Positions 45,835 to 55,153 of a DNA stretch of 64,000 bases are shown piece after piece; the stretch's first letter is position 1, and every line of letters starts with the position of its first letter. The position numbers and the translations under genes are program-made. The stretch covers positions 27,501 through 91,500 of the forward strand of contig JALFTI010000020.1 of assembly GCA_022778585.1 (NCBI GenBank). Direction: 5' to 3'. This DNA comes from Pygmaiobacter massiliensis. GTDB lineage: Bacteria > Bacillota > Clostridia > Oscillospirales > Ruminococcaceae. The notes below the pieces were generated by a model that was not told where the DNA came from, searched no databases, and saw only the letters and a list, made by a program, of their open reading frames with translations.

Positions 45835-46754
45835 ACCCGAAGGCATATCTTTCTGTCACCCCCGAAATTGAAAAGGCCGTGGCCGAGGGGAAACCGGTCG
45901 TTGCGCTGGAAAGCACCATTCTCTCCCATGGCATGCCCTGGCCGGAAAACAAAAGCTTTGCCCACGAAATTGAACAAATTATCCGGGCCGAAGGCGCAGT
46001 GCCCGCCACCATTGCGGTAATCGGCGGAAAGGTAAAGGTGGGGCTTACCGCGGAGGAACTGGACCTGATGTGCCGCAATGAAAATGTGGCCAAAGCCAGC
46101 CGCAGGGACCTGCCCATCTACCTGACCACCGGGCAGACCGCGGCAACCACCGTGGCCACCACCATGATTGGGGCGGCCATGGCAGGTATTCATGTGTTTG
46201 CAACCGGAGGCATTGGCGGGGTGCATCGTCACGGCGAGGTGACCATGGATATTTCTGCCGATCTGCAGGAATTGGCCCATACTCCTGTGGCGGTGGTTTG
46301 CGCCGGCGCCAAAATGATTTTGGACATTGGCCGTACCCTGGAATACCTGGAAACGATGGGGGTGCCGGTGATTGGTATGCGCACCTCCGATTTCCCTTCC
46401 TTCTATTGTAAAACCAGCGGCTACGGGGTAGATTACCGGGCCGAGACCGAGGCCGAAGTGGCCCGCATTATGGCCAATAAGTGGAATGTGGGTCTTGCCG
46501 GCGGTGTGTTGATCGGCAACCCGGTGCCCGACGAATACGCGCTGGATTTTGACCAGATGAGTGCGGTTGTGGACCAGGCACTTGCCGCGGCCGACGAAGC
46601 AGGGGTGCATGGCAAAAACATTACTCCGTTTTTGCTGGCCTATATTGCCGAACATACCGGCGGCACAAGCCTTGCCACCAACATTCAGCTGGCCTACCAC
46701 AATGCCAGGGTGGCAGCCCGCATTGCGGTGGAATACGCAAAGCTGGGACAGTAA
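45831..46754 (+). CDS. psuG: pseudouridine-5'-phosphate glycosidase
   Basis: VVALESTILSHGMPWPEN...ATGGIGGVHR...DISADLQELA is the IndA/PsuG signature. Length 307 aa. Confidence 0.95.
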   Translation: MNPKAYLSVTPEIEKAVAEGKPVVALESTILSHGMPWPENKSFAHEIEQIIRAEGAVPATIAVIGGKVKVGLTAEELDLMCRNENVAKASRRDLPIYLTTGQTAATTVATTMIGAAMAGIHVFATGGIGGVHRHGEVTMDISADLQELAHTPVAVVCAGAKMILDIGRTLEYLETMGVPVIGMRTSDFPSFYCKTSGYGVDYRAETEAEVARIMANKWNVGLAGGVLIGNPVPDEYALDFDQMSAVVDQALAAADEAGVHGKNITPFLLAYIAEHTGGTSLATNIQLAYHNARVAARIAVEYAKLGQ

Positions 46755-46785
46755 ACATTTAATTCCCATGGGAAAACAGTAATTT

Positions 46786-46855
46786 TAAGGCGGCCTGCAT
46801 GAAAGGCAGGCCGCCTTAATAAAAAACCGGCCGTGTATTTGCACGGCCGGTTTTT
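46786..46855. terminator. two tandem hairpin terminators between convergent genes
   Basis: TAAGGCGGCCTGC-atgaaa-GGCAGGCCGCCTTA at 46786-46819, and AAAAAACCGGCCGTG-tattt-GCACGGCCGGTTTTT at 46821-46855. Confidence 0.85.
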
Positions 46856-46868
46856 ATTGTTTTTCTTT

Positions 46869-47645
46869 TTACTGCAGCCAAAGTTCGGCTTCCGGTTCGC
46901 TGGCACTGCCCAGCAACTTTCCGGACCGAACGCTCACGGCTACCAAAACGGTTTCGCCCTGCTGTTGAGCCCGCAGAATATAAACCCCCAGGCCCTTGTC
47001 CTGTGCAGATAGGACCGCAGCATCCGGCGGCAGCTGCAAAACATCGGTAAGCAGTTGTTCGTATTTGAGCAAAAAGGAATAGGAACAGGACGAATACCCG
47101 GCCTGCTGTGCTGCTTTCAGTGCGGTTTGCACGCTTTTGGGCCGCACTGCGGCAAGAAACAGCAGAGAACTTAACAGGATAACGATGCAAACGCCAAAAA
47201 GATCCTGCGCCTGGGAAAGCTGTGACTGCGGTTTGGGCCTTGTACGGAAAAATAAAAAATGAAGGAACAGATAGGCATAAAGCCCCAAGCACTGCCACAG
47301 AGTGCTGTAAAAGGGGGAGCGCCATGCACCCCAGCACAAAAAGATAAAGAGCACAGAGAGAAACAGCACAGATCCGACCTTCTGCCAGGAACGCTGCGGT
47401 TTGGGTGCAGGGGTGTAAAAAAAGCTGATTATGACTATGGCCAAAGTATAAATTCCCAGAAAAACGCTGGTAATAAGGGAAGAACCGTCATATGCTTTCC
47501 ACAAAAAAGCCTGCAGGGACAAATATAAAAGTGTAATAATCAGCGCGGCAAACTGCCAAAAAAGGGGACTGCGGAAAATACCCGCCGCTTTTTTTGCAGG
47601 GGGAACATTTTGCAAAAGGTCCAAAGGCATATCGTTCTTTTCCAT
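46869..47645 (-). CDS. hypothetical membrane protein (5-6 TM + soluble C-terminal domain)
   Basis: ATG 47645 follows AAAGGAG (MEKNDMPLDLLQNVPPAKK...). The core is hydrophobic. No family recognised. The track start at 47855 is judged too early. Confidence 0.5.
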   Translation of the reverse strand: MEKNDMPLDLLQNVPPAKKAAGIFRSPLFWQFAALIITLLYLSLQAFLWKAYDGSSLITSVFLGIYTLAIVIISFFYTPAPKPQRSWQKVGSVLFLSVLFIFLCWGAWRSPFYSTLWQCLGLYAYLFLHFLFFRTRPKPQSQLSQAQDLFGVCIVILLSSLLFLAAVRPKSVQTALKAAQQAGYSSCSYSFLLKYEQLLTDVLQLPPDAAVLSAQDKGLGVYILRAQQQGETVLVAVSVRSGKLLGSASEPEAELWLQ

Positions 47646-47691
47646 AAGCTTCTCCTTTCCCGGTTCAAAACAGGTTGTTTTGCCCTTTGTT

Positions 47692-48819
47692 CTAAAAGGT
47701 AAGCAAGGTTTGCCAAAAGGCCGGTTCGCACCAGGGTTCGGTGCAAAAAAGGTCCAGTGTGGCATCCACAAGCCCTGGGGCATACTCCACTTCCTGGGAC
47801 CAAAGCTTGTATTTTCGAATGCGGGCGCTGCGGTCTTGCTTAGCGGGCAGGTCACAGGCAGCCATCAGCCGCAGCACAAAAAGGCTTACAGCGGCAAACT
47901 GAACCCGTCCCAAAAGGTCTCCGTCCTGCACAAGACCGGGAAGGTGACGAAACAAAAGATAGCTGAAAAGGTGCTGGGCCTCATCGGCAGGGCAGCCTGC
48001 TGCAAGGCGCTCGGGCAGGTCCTTTTCTGTTAAAAGCCGGCCCAGCCTGGCAAGCTGTTTGGGCCAGCCGGCGTGCAGCGGCTCAGTGCTGCTCCAAACA
48101 GAAAAAAGCGCATTCAGGCCGCCAAAAATGTGTTGTTCTGTAAAACGGTCAGGTTTAGAAAATGTTTGGGCCGCCTTTAAACACAAATCGGGCTGGGACC
48201 AGGTTTGGCAAAGCCGGTCCAGCGAGGCAATATCCTGTTCCAGGCAAAGCTGCGCTTTTTGTGCAAATTCAATGGCAAGCAGACTGCGTGCCGAAATAGA
48301 AAGCCCTGAAAATGAGGCAATAGAAAGCAATGTCTGCAGTAGCCGTTCCAGCGCGCCGGTCAGCTGGGCAGAGCATTCTGCCGTTTCCGAAAACATCTTT
48401 TCAGGCGCCGGTGTGCGCACAAAGCGGTCGGGCAGTTCGCTTTCCAGCAAAAGCCGCGCGGCTTCCTCGCAGCAAAGCCCAAGCCCGGCCCAAACCACTC
48501 CGTCCTGCCAGCTGAAAAAGCGGGGATGGCGCTGGCAGATCTGGCAAAGGGCCTGGGGACCTTCATGGCAGATAATGCGGCAAAGATTTTTTTCGTTCAG
48601 CATGGCGCAGCGGCCTGCGCTGTTTTGATGAAAATGGGGCGGGTCGGCCTGCCAGTCAATACTTTGACGCAAAAGCTCGCCAAAGGCGCCGGTTTGGGTT
48701 TGGTACCGGTTTGCCGTGGCAGGGTCCAAGTCAATTTCCCAGCCAATGCAGCAGTTATCCTGGCACAAATGGGCGGTACAGACAAACTGGTCAAAATAAA
48801 CCGGCCGCAAAAGCTCCAT
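47692..48819 (-). CDS. FliB-like ('flagellin lysine-N-methylase' family) Cys-cluster protein
   Basis: RBS AAAGGAGGGG. N-terminal YFDQFVCTAHLCQDNCCIGWEIDLD matches the FliB-family cysteine motif. Length 375 aa. Confidence 0.65.
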   Translation of the reverse strand: MELLRPVYFDQFVCTAHLCQDNCCIGWEIDLDPATANRYQTQTGAFGELLRQSIDWQADPPHFHQNSAGRCAMLNEKNLCRIICHEGPQALCQICQRHPRFFSWQDGVVWAGLGLCCEEAARLLLESELPDRFVRTPAPEKMFSETAECSAQLTGALERLLQTLLSIASFSGLSISARSLLAIEFAQKAQLCLEQDIASLDRLCQTWSQPDLCLKAAQTFSKPDRFTEQHIFGGLNALFSVWSSTEPLHAGWPKQLARLGRLLTEKDLPERLAAGCPADEAQHLFSYLLFRHLPGLVQDGDLLGRVQFAAVSLFVLRLMAACDLPAKQDRSARIRKYKLWSQEVEYAPGLVDATLDLFCTEPWCEPAFWQTLLTF

Positions 48820-48874
48820 ACCGCCCCTCCTTTCTCTGGCCCAGCTTCGGTAAGTTTTATGTAGATGGTATCTG

Positions 48875-49696
48875 TCAGCGCCGGCCGGCTTTAAATAGCA
48901 TGATCATCTCGCGGGTCAGGCTCATTTTGTCCGGCTCCAGGTCAATTTCATCGGCGCTCATCCAGCATGCCTGGGCCAGTTCGTCCTGCTGCAGAGTAAT
49001 TTCGTCGCTGCCGTCCAAATGGGCAAAAAAGCCGCACAAAAGCGAACTGGAAAAAGCCCAGGGCTGGCTGCGGTAGAAGGTAATATCCTTCACCTTCAGG
49101 CCAACCTCTTCCATTACTTCCCGCCGCACCGTATCCTCTATTGGCTCGCCAATTTCGGTAAAGCCGGCAATCAGGGCCCAGTTGGCGTAGGGGCGGTTTG
49201 CATATTTGGTCAAAAGTAGCTTGTCCTGATGGATGACCGCCACAATAATACCCGGGCAAATTTTGGGATAAACCATATTCTGGCAGTTGGGGCAGCGCAG
49301 CATCCGCTCTTTTTGGTCGGGCTTAAGCGGGGTACCGCAGCGCCCGCAAAACCGGTTGTCCCGGTACCAGCCGTCCAGCTGGCCGCCCACAAATCCGGCA
49401 AAGGCCTCAAAACGAGGTTCAGCAGTGCGCAAAAGCACCTGCGGTTCAAAGGAATATTCCTCCGGGATGACCGCAGGCTGCTGCAAAGGCCGGTAGTATT
49501 CCTGCTGGTCAATAGAAAACAGATATTCCGATTCGGCCGGGTCCAGCCCCAGCTGGCGAAAGGTAGGGTAGTGCAGGCCGTTTTTCTGGCTACACAAAAA
49601 ACGCCCTTTTTGGAAAAGCAGCACGGTGCTGTTGGGCCCGGCCTGGCGGGGGCTCCAGGCATTTTGGTAAATATGCGGAGCAATATCGTGAATCAT
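48875..49696 (-). CDS. nudC: NAD(+) diphosphatase NudC
   Basis: Zn ribbon CGRCGTPL...CPNCQ and Nudix box GFTEIGEPIEDTVRREVMEEVGL. Length 273 aa. Confidence 0.9.
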   Translation of the reverse strand: MIHDIAPHIYQNAWSPRQAGPNSTVLLFQKGRFLCSQKNGLHYPTFRQLGLDPAESEYLFSIDQQEYYRPLQQPAVIPEEYSFEPQVLLRTAEPRFEAFAGFVGGQLDGWYRDNRFCGRCGTPLKPDQKERMLRCPNCQNMVYPKICPGIIVAVIHQDKLLLTKYANRPYANWALIAGFTEIGEPIEDTVRREVMEEVGLKVKDITFYRSQPWAFSSSLLCGFFAHLDGSDEITLQQDELAQACWMSADEIDLEPDKMSLTREMIMLFKAGRR

Positions 49697-50085
49697 AATT
49701 TATTCTTCCCCTTTATCTGTGGAAACTGTCGCCGGCCAAACGCCTGGCGCAAATTTATCATAGCAAACAGGCTAAAGTTTTGCAACGGCTGGCACTGCGC
49801 AAAAACGGTGCATTTATCTTTGTTTGCGCGACAAACATTTTGCAAAAAATTTCTATAAAATACTGCCCATCTTTAAAAAGCACAGGGGTGAGGTTTAGGG
49901 TGGAAGGTCAGCCGCTTATAGACGGCTTTGGCCATGTTGAAAGCCAAAGCGTACCGGATTCACAGGCAGCGCAACAATCGATAAAAGCTGCCAGGGCAGG
50001 CCAATGCTTTGGGGTAAAACCCAAGTGCAGTTTGCTAAGCTGATTTTGTACAAAAAACCTTCTGCAGGGCTGTAAATGCCCCAAT

Positions 50086-50121
50086 AAAAAAGGAACAGGC
50101 AAAAAGCCTGTTCCTTTTTTA
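50086..50121 (-). terminator. terminator of the hydrogenase gene
   Basis: AAAAAAGGAACAGGC-aaaaa-GCCTGTTCCTTTTTT, symmetric with U-runs on both strands. Confidence 0.85.
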
Positions 50122-50158
50122 TGAAGCCTGTAAGGGGAAATGTTTTGCTTTTATCTAC

Positions 50159-51679
50159 TCACTCCAAAAGCAGCGGCAGCTCAATTTCATACTTCGACTC
50201 GGTCGCGCTCTTTTCGGTTGCCTGGGCCGTGTAGGTGCGCACATTGGCAATGGCCTTTTCAATGGGCTGCAAGGTGCCGGCGCCCGCCACACAACCGCCG
50301 GGGCAGCCCATGCCTTCCAGCAGATAGCCGTCGTATTTGCCGGCCTTTGCCAGCATTAACATTTTGCGGCATTCGTCAAGGCCTTGGGCCGATACGGTTT
50401 TTACCTCACGGGTGGGATCAATGTGAGAAATGGCCTCCTTGACGGCTGCAGCTACGCCGCCGCCAATGGCAAAACCGCGGCCCGCAGCGGTGCCTTCCCG
50501 CAGCACGGCCGTTTCGGTAATTTTGGAAAAATCTACATTCTTAGCCCGGAACATGCCCATGACCTCCTCGAAGGTCAGCACAAAATCCACATCACTGCGG
50601 ATGGTGCGGCGCGAAGCTTCCAGCTTTTTGGCAGAGCACGGTCCAATGAACACAACCTTTTCGCCCGGGTGCTGGCGTTTGCAAAGCCGGGCGGTCAGTA
50701 CCATGGGGGTAAGCGCCATGGAGATATAGGGCGCAAGGTCCGGGAAAAGCTTTTTCGCCATAACGGCCCAGCTGGGGCAGCAGCTGGTGGCCATGAAGGG
50801 CTGCTTGGCCGGTACATTCTCCAAAAAGTCTTTTGCTTCGTCCAGGGTGCACAGGTCTGCGCCAACTGCCACTTCGGCCACATGGCGGAAGCCCAGCATC
50901 TTCAGCGCAGCCTTCATTTTGTCGGGGGTCATGTCGGGGCCAAGCTGTCCCACAAAGGCGGGGGCCACAATGGCAATCACCTTTTCTCCGGCGTTCAGGG
51001 CCTGAATCAGCTGGAAAATCTGGCTTTTGTCCGAAATGGCGCCAAACGGGCAGTTTACCAGGCACATGCCGCAGGAGACACATTTGTTGTAGTCAATCTG
51101 AGCCACGCCGTTTTCGTCCGAGTGAATGGCGCCCATGCCGCAGGCCTTGGCACAGGGACGCTCCTGCTTAATAATGGCGTTATAGGGGCAAACAGACTGG
51201 CAGCGGCCGCATTTGATGCATTTTTCCTGGTCAATAATGCTGTGGCCGTGGCTATCAAACGAAATGGCGCCCTTGGGGCAAACCTCTTTGCAGGGGTGCG
51301 CAAGGCAGCCCTGGCAGCCATCGGTTACATGATAGCGCTTTTCCGGGCAGGCGTTGCAGGCGAATTTGATAATGTTGATTAGTGGCGGTTCGTAATATTT
51401 TTCGGGAATAGCGCTCTCCTCCACGCCGCTGGAAAGGGGGGCGTGCTGGTCCACCGGGCGCAGGTTCAGACCCATTGCCAGACGAATGCGCTCGGAGACA
51501 ATAGCCCGTTCCAGAAAAATACTGCCCCGGTAAGAAGCCCGGTCTCCCGGAATGATCTTGTAGGGCAGTTCTTCAATGCGGGAATAGTCCCCGCCTTCAT
51601 AGGCCATCCGTGCTACTTCGGTAAAAACCCTGCGCCGGATGTCGGTGACAGACGAATAGATTCCGCGTAAGCCGCTCAT
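50159..51679 (-). CDS. monomeric [FeFe] hydrogenase (group B-like) with N-terminal ferredoxin-type clusters
   Basis: All three H-cluster motifs are present: L1 TSCCPSW, L2 IGPCSAKKLE, L3 EGMGCPGGCVAGAG. There are several 4Fe-4S CxxCxxCxxxCP motifs (CIKCGRCQSVCP, CVSCGMCLVNCP). RBS GAGGAAGGA. Confidence 0.88.
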   Translation of the reverse strand: MSGLRGIYSSVTDIRRRVFTEVARMAYEGGDYSRIEELPYKIIPGDRASYRGSIFLERAIVSERIRLAMGLNLRPVDQHAPLSSGVEESAIPEKYYEPPLINIIKFACNACPEKRYHVTDGCQGCLAHPCKEVCPKGAISFDSHGHSIIDQEKCIKCGRCQSVCPYNAIIKQERPCAKACGMGAIHSDENGVAQIDYNKCVSCGMCLVNCPFGAISDKSQIFQLIQALNAGEKVIAIVAPAFVGQLGPDMTPDKMKAALKMLGFRHVAEVAVGADLCTLDEAKDFLENVPAKQPFMATSCCPSWAVMAKKLFPDLAPYISMALTPMVLTARLCKRQHPGEKVVFIGPCSAKKLEASRRTIRSDVDFVLTFEEVMGMFRAKNVDFSKITETAVLREGTAAGRGFAIGGGVAAAVKEAISHIDPTREVKTVSAQGLDECRKMLMLAKAGKYDGYLLEGMGCPGGCVAGAGTLQPIEKAIANVRTYTAQATEKSATESKYEIELPLLLE

Positions 51680-52040
51680 AATCGCAATCCTTCCTCTTTT
51701 GCTGTTGCCGGTTTGGTGAAAAAGTGTCGTTAAAAAAATAACGCTCTATAAACTTTTATTATCATATCATGTTATGTGTGCGGGAACAACCCCTAAAAGT
51801 TGTAAAAATAGGCAAAAAAACGGAAAGATTCTTGTGCGTCTGACCAAAACCTGAGAAAAACATGCCCCCTTTTGTACAGGTTCTGTTTTGCCGTGCAAAA
51901 AGGGCAGCCCTCTGTTTTTTTAGCAAAAAGAAAAACCGGCCTGCGCATACTATAAACAGCAAAAGCAACTGCCCTTGACAAGTCGCCCATCTGGCGGCTA
52001 TCCTTTTTGAGAGAAGAGTGTAGCCAAAGGAGAAATACCC

Positions 52041-53519
52041 ATGCCGGAAAACCTTGCCGCAGCTGCCGAGCGCAGCATTATAAAAAAGTACCGCAAACCC
52101 ATTTGGAACCGGTTTATCACCGCGGTAAAAGAATATGAACTGATCCAGGACGGTGACCGGATTGCCGTGTGCATTTCGGGCGGAAAGGACAGCATGCTTT
52201 TGGCCAAATGTATGCAGGAGCTTGCCCGGCACAGCTACCAAAAGTTTGAATTGGCTTTTTTGGTAATGGACCCGGGCTATGCGCCGGAAAACAGGCGCCA
52301 AATTTTGGAAAACGCCAAACGGCTTGCCATACCGGTGCAGTTGTTTGATTCTCCCATCTTCGAAGCGGTGGAGTCGGTGTTGGATAGCCCTTGCTATCTG
52401 TGTGCCCGCATGCGCCGGGGATACCTGTATAAGTTTGCCCAAACGCTGGGCTGCAATAAAATTGCCCTGGGCCACCATTTTGACGATATGATCGAAACCG
52501 GGCTGATGAGTATGTTCTATTCGGCCGAGGTCAAAACCATGATGCCCAAGCTGCACAGTACTAATTTTCCCGGTATGGAGCTGATTCGTCCGCTTTACCT
52601 GGTGCGGGAGGCGGATATTATTGCCTGGAAGCGGTATAACGGGCTGGAATTTCTGCAGTGTGCCTGCAGGCGTACCGAAAAGCGGGAGGACGCCACCGGG
52701 ACCGACGGGGGCAAGCGCAGCGCCACCAAGGCGCTCATCCGCACCTTAAAGCAGCAGGACCCGCAGATTGATGTAAACATATTCCGCAGTTTGCACAATG
52801 TAAACCTGGGTGCAGTGCCGGGCACGGTGCATAACGGGCACCATACAAGCTTTGTGGAACGGTACGACGGGTTCGACCGGCAGATGGAGTATGCGGTATT
52901 TGATGTGGACGGCACCCTTTTGGATTCGATGGGAATTTGGAAGCAGGTTGGAAAGCAGCTGCTGCAGCGGCGAGGTGTCGAACCGCCGGACGGCATGTTT
53001 GAGGCCGTAAAGGGACTGGATCTGGCCGGCGCGGTGCGCTGGTGCAACGAGCAGCTGGGACTTTCCATTCCCATAAAGGAAGGGGTGGCTGAAGCGATTC
53101 AAATTGTAAAGGACGCCTACTGCACCAGCATTCCTGCAAAACCGTTTGCACGGGAATTTTTAACCCTGCTGCGACAGCAGGGGGTACATATCTGTGCGGC
53201 CAGCAATTCCGAGCCCGATTACTTGGAACCGGCTTTGCGGCGGCTGGGGCTGTGGGAACTGCTGGATAGCCTTGTTTCGGCGTCGCAATTGCAGGTAAGC
53301 AAAGAAAACCCGGACTTTTGGCGGCAGGTTGCCCGGCATATGGGCGCCAGGCCAGAACAGCTGACCGTGTTTGAGGATGCCCTTTATGCCATGAAAACGG
53401 CCAAGCAGGCGGGCTGCAGGGTGGTAGCCGTGTATGATGAAGCCGAACGGGAGAATAACGCCGAAATTCGCAAAGTGTGCGATTATTATGCCGGCGGGTT
53501 TGCGCCGTTTGTAAAATAA
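52041..53519 (+). CDS. fusion protein: PP-loop ATPase (TtcA-like tRNA 2-thiolation family) + HAD-superfamily hydrolase
   Basis: The N-terminal ~270 aa carry the PP-loop CISGGKDS and Cys motifs CYLCARMRRG and LQCACRR. From M282 (nt 52884) there is MEYAVFDVDGTLLDS (HAD motif I) and ...VFEDALYAMKTAKQAG (motif IV region). No stop and no SD between the halves. Confidence 0.8.
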   Translation: MPENLAAAAERSIIKKYRKPIWNRFITAVKEYELIQDGDRIAVCISGGKDSMLLAKCMQELARHSYQKFELAFLVMDPGYAPENRRQILENAKRLAIPVQLFDSPIFEAVESVLDSPCYLCARMRRGYLYKFAQTLGCNKIALGHHFDDMIETGLMSMFYSAEVKTMMPKLHSTNFPGMELIRPLYLVREADIIAWKRYNGLEFLQCACRRTEKREDATGTDGGKRSATKALIRTLKQQDPQIDVNIFRSLHNVNLGAVPGTVHNGHHTSFVERYDGFDRQMEYAVFDVDGTLLDSMGIWKQVGKQLLQRRGVEPPDGMFEAVKGLDLAGAVRWCNEQLGLSIPIKEGVAEAIQIVKDAYCTSIPAKPFAREFLTLLRQQGVHICAASNSEPDYLEPALRRLGLWELLDSLVSASQLQVSKENPDFWRQVARHMGARPEQLTVFEDALYAMKTAKQAGCRVVAVYDEAERENNAEIRKVCDYYAGGFAPFVK

Positions 53520-53666
53520 AAAATGCCCATTATGGGGCTTTCCGGTGCAGCCTGCTAAGCTTCTGGCCGGCTGTGCTGCTTATAAAGTAAAATGTCCTGA
53601 AGATGTAAAAAGATGCAAAAAAGCGCCGGTGGCGCTTGTGTGGGGCTATACAGAAAGGAAAACAGC

Positions 53667-54461
53667 ATGTCTCTGATTTTTGATACCCATGCCCACTATC
53701 TTTCCCGCCAGTTTGATGCGGACCGTGACCAGCTTTTGCGCGCGCTGCCAAACCGGGAGGTTGGGCTTATCATGGAATGTGCCACTGATTATGATACCAG
53801 CTGCCGCGCGCTGCAATTGGCAGAAGAGTATAGTTGGGTGTACGCCGCTGTCGGCATTCACCCGGAAAGCCTGATTGAGGAGGATGCTTCCACAAAAACC
53901 CGCTTTTTGGGCGACTGGAAAGCAGAGCTTAATGCCATTGCTCCCTTGTACGATAACCCCAAAGTGCGCGCGGTGGGGGAGTGTGGGCTGGATTTTCACT
54001 GGCCGATTCCCCGCGAAGAACAGCTTTCTCTTTTTGAAGCGCAGATTAAGGTGGCGCTGGAGCGAGACCTGCCAATTATTGTGCATGACCGACAGGCTCA
54101 TGCCGAAACCTATGCCCTTTTGAAAAAATACCGCCCGCGGGGGGTAGTGCACTGCTATTCCGGCAGTGCACAGGATGTGAAATGGCTGACCGACCAGGGG
54201 CTTTATATTGGGTTTGGCGGGGTGGTTACCTTTGCCAATGCGCGCCGTACCCTGGAAGCGGCCGCTGCGGTGCCGCTCAACTACCTGGTTTTGGAAACAG
54301 ACTGCCCGTATATGGCTCCGGTGCCCTACCGGGGAAAGCGGTGTGATTCTTCCATGATTGCCCAGGTGGCCCAAACCCTGGCTGGGCTGCGGGGGGTGTC
54401 CTGTCAGGAGATTCTGGCCCAGACCTGGGAAAATGGCCGTCGGCTGTACGGCATTGGGTAA
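53667..54461 (+). CDS. TatD family metal-dependent hydrolase
   Basis: Contains MSLIFDTHAHYLS, ...GECGLDFHW and ...IIVHDRQAH. About 264 aa. Confidence 0.9.
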   Translation: MSLIFDTHAHYLSRQFDADRDQLLRALPNREVGLIMECATDYDTSCRALQLAEEYSWVYAAVGIHPESLIEEDASTKTRFLGDWKAELNAIAPLYDNPKVRAVGECGLDFHWPIPREEQLSLFEAQIKVALERDLPIIVHDRQAHAETYALLKKYRPRGVVHCYSGSAQDVKWLTDQGLYIGFGGVVTFANARRTLEAAAAVPLNYLVLETDCPYMAPVPYRGKRCDSSMIAQVAQTLAGLRGVSCQEILAQTWENGRRLYGIG

Positions 54462-54587
54462 ACAAAATGGTCAGCCTAAAATACTGCCCCTGTGCAAGTG
54501 TTTTGGCGGCTTGGCTTTCAATGCGGTTGTTTTGGGCAAATGCTTTGGCAGGCTATGCCGTTTTTCTATTATTATAAAGAAAAAGAT

Positions 54588-54624
54588 GGGAATAAGGCAC
54601 TGTGGGCCTTATTCCCGTTTTTTG
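54588..54624 (+). terminator. rho-independent terminator downstream of tatD
   Basis: GGGAATAAGGC-actgtgg-GCCTTATTCCC followed by GTTTTTT. Confidence 0.8.
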
Positions 54625-55035
54625 CATTGTGCCCCACAAAAAGGAGAAAAGGGGACATGCTTTTTGCAAAGACGCAGAAAAGCCGGCCGCGGGGGCAAAC
54701 CATTTCAGCCTGCAGCCCAAAGCGGGCATTTTTATAGTTAACAATATGCTTATCGTGTTTTTCTCTTATAGCGCTTTTATAGCGCTTTTTCAAACCCAAC
54801 ATTTGTACCAAAAAGGCGGCCGGTCATCGGGTTTGCTCCAAACGGCTTTGCAGCGGGCCAAATTGCAAATCTTAAGTGTATATAGCTTGTTGTAGTTTGA
54901 TCGCAATTTTATCTTTTTCGTCCGGCTGTGCAAGATGGGGTTTTGGGGCTTATATGGCGAAAGCCATCAGAAAGCTGGTGGCGCGGTGTTTGGAAGGTGT
55001 TCTTGAACGCTTGAAAAATTCTGTTGGGAAATAAC

Positions 55036-55087
55036 TGTCAACCTAAAAAATAAAAACAGTTGACAATTCTCTGCGAAGCGGTATAAT
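55036..55087 (+). promoter_or_regulatory. BirA operator overlapping the birA-bioY promoter
   Basis: TGTCAACC (55036-55043)-N14-AGTTGACA (55058-55065). The right half contains the -35 TTGACA (55060-55065), followed by a 16-nt spacer and TATAAT (55082-55087). Confidence 0.65.
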
Positions 55088-55153
55088 AAAATCACTGCAG
55101 AAAATTGCCGGCATGCCGTTTGGTTTGGCCGGTGAAAAAAGGAGCGCTCAATT

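Noticed and set aside
49697-50158. 460-bp gap between nudC and the hydrogenase gene, with an 87-aa ORF (49780-50043) and a TGGCAC motif
   Set aside because: The ORF lacks an RBS and motifs. TGGCAC is not followed by a properly spaced GC element. The gap contains the hydrogenase terminator and the likely nudC promoter, so it needs no extra feature.
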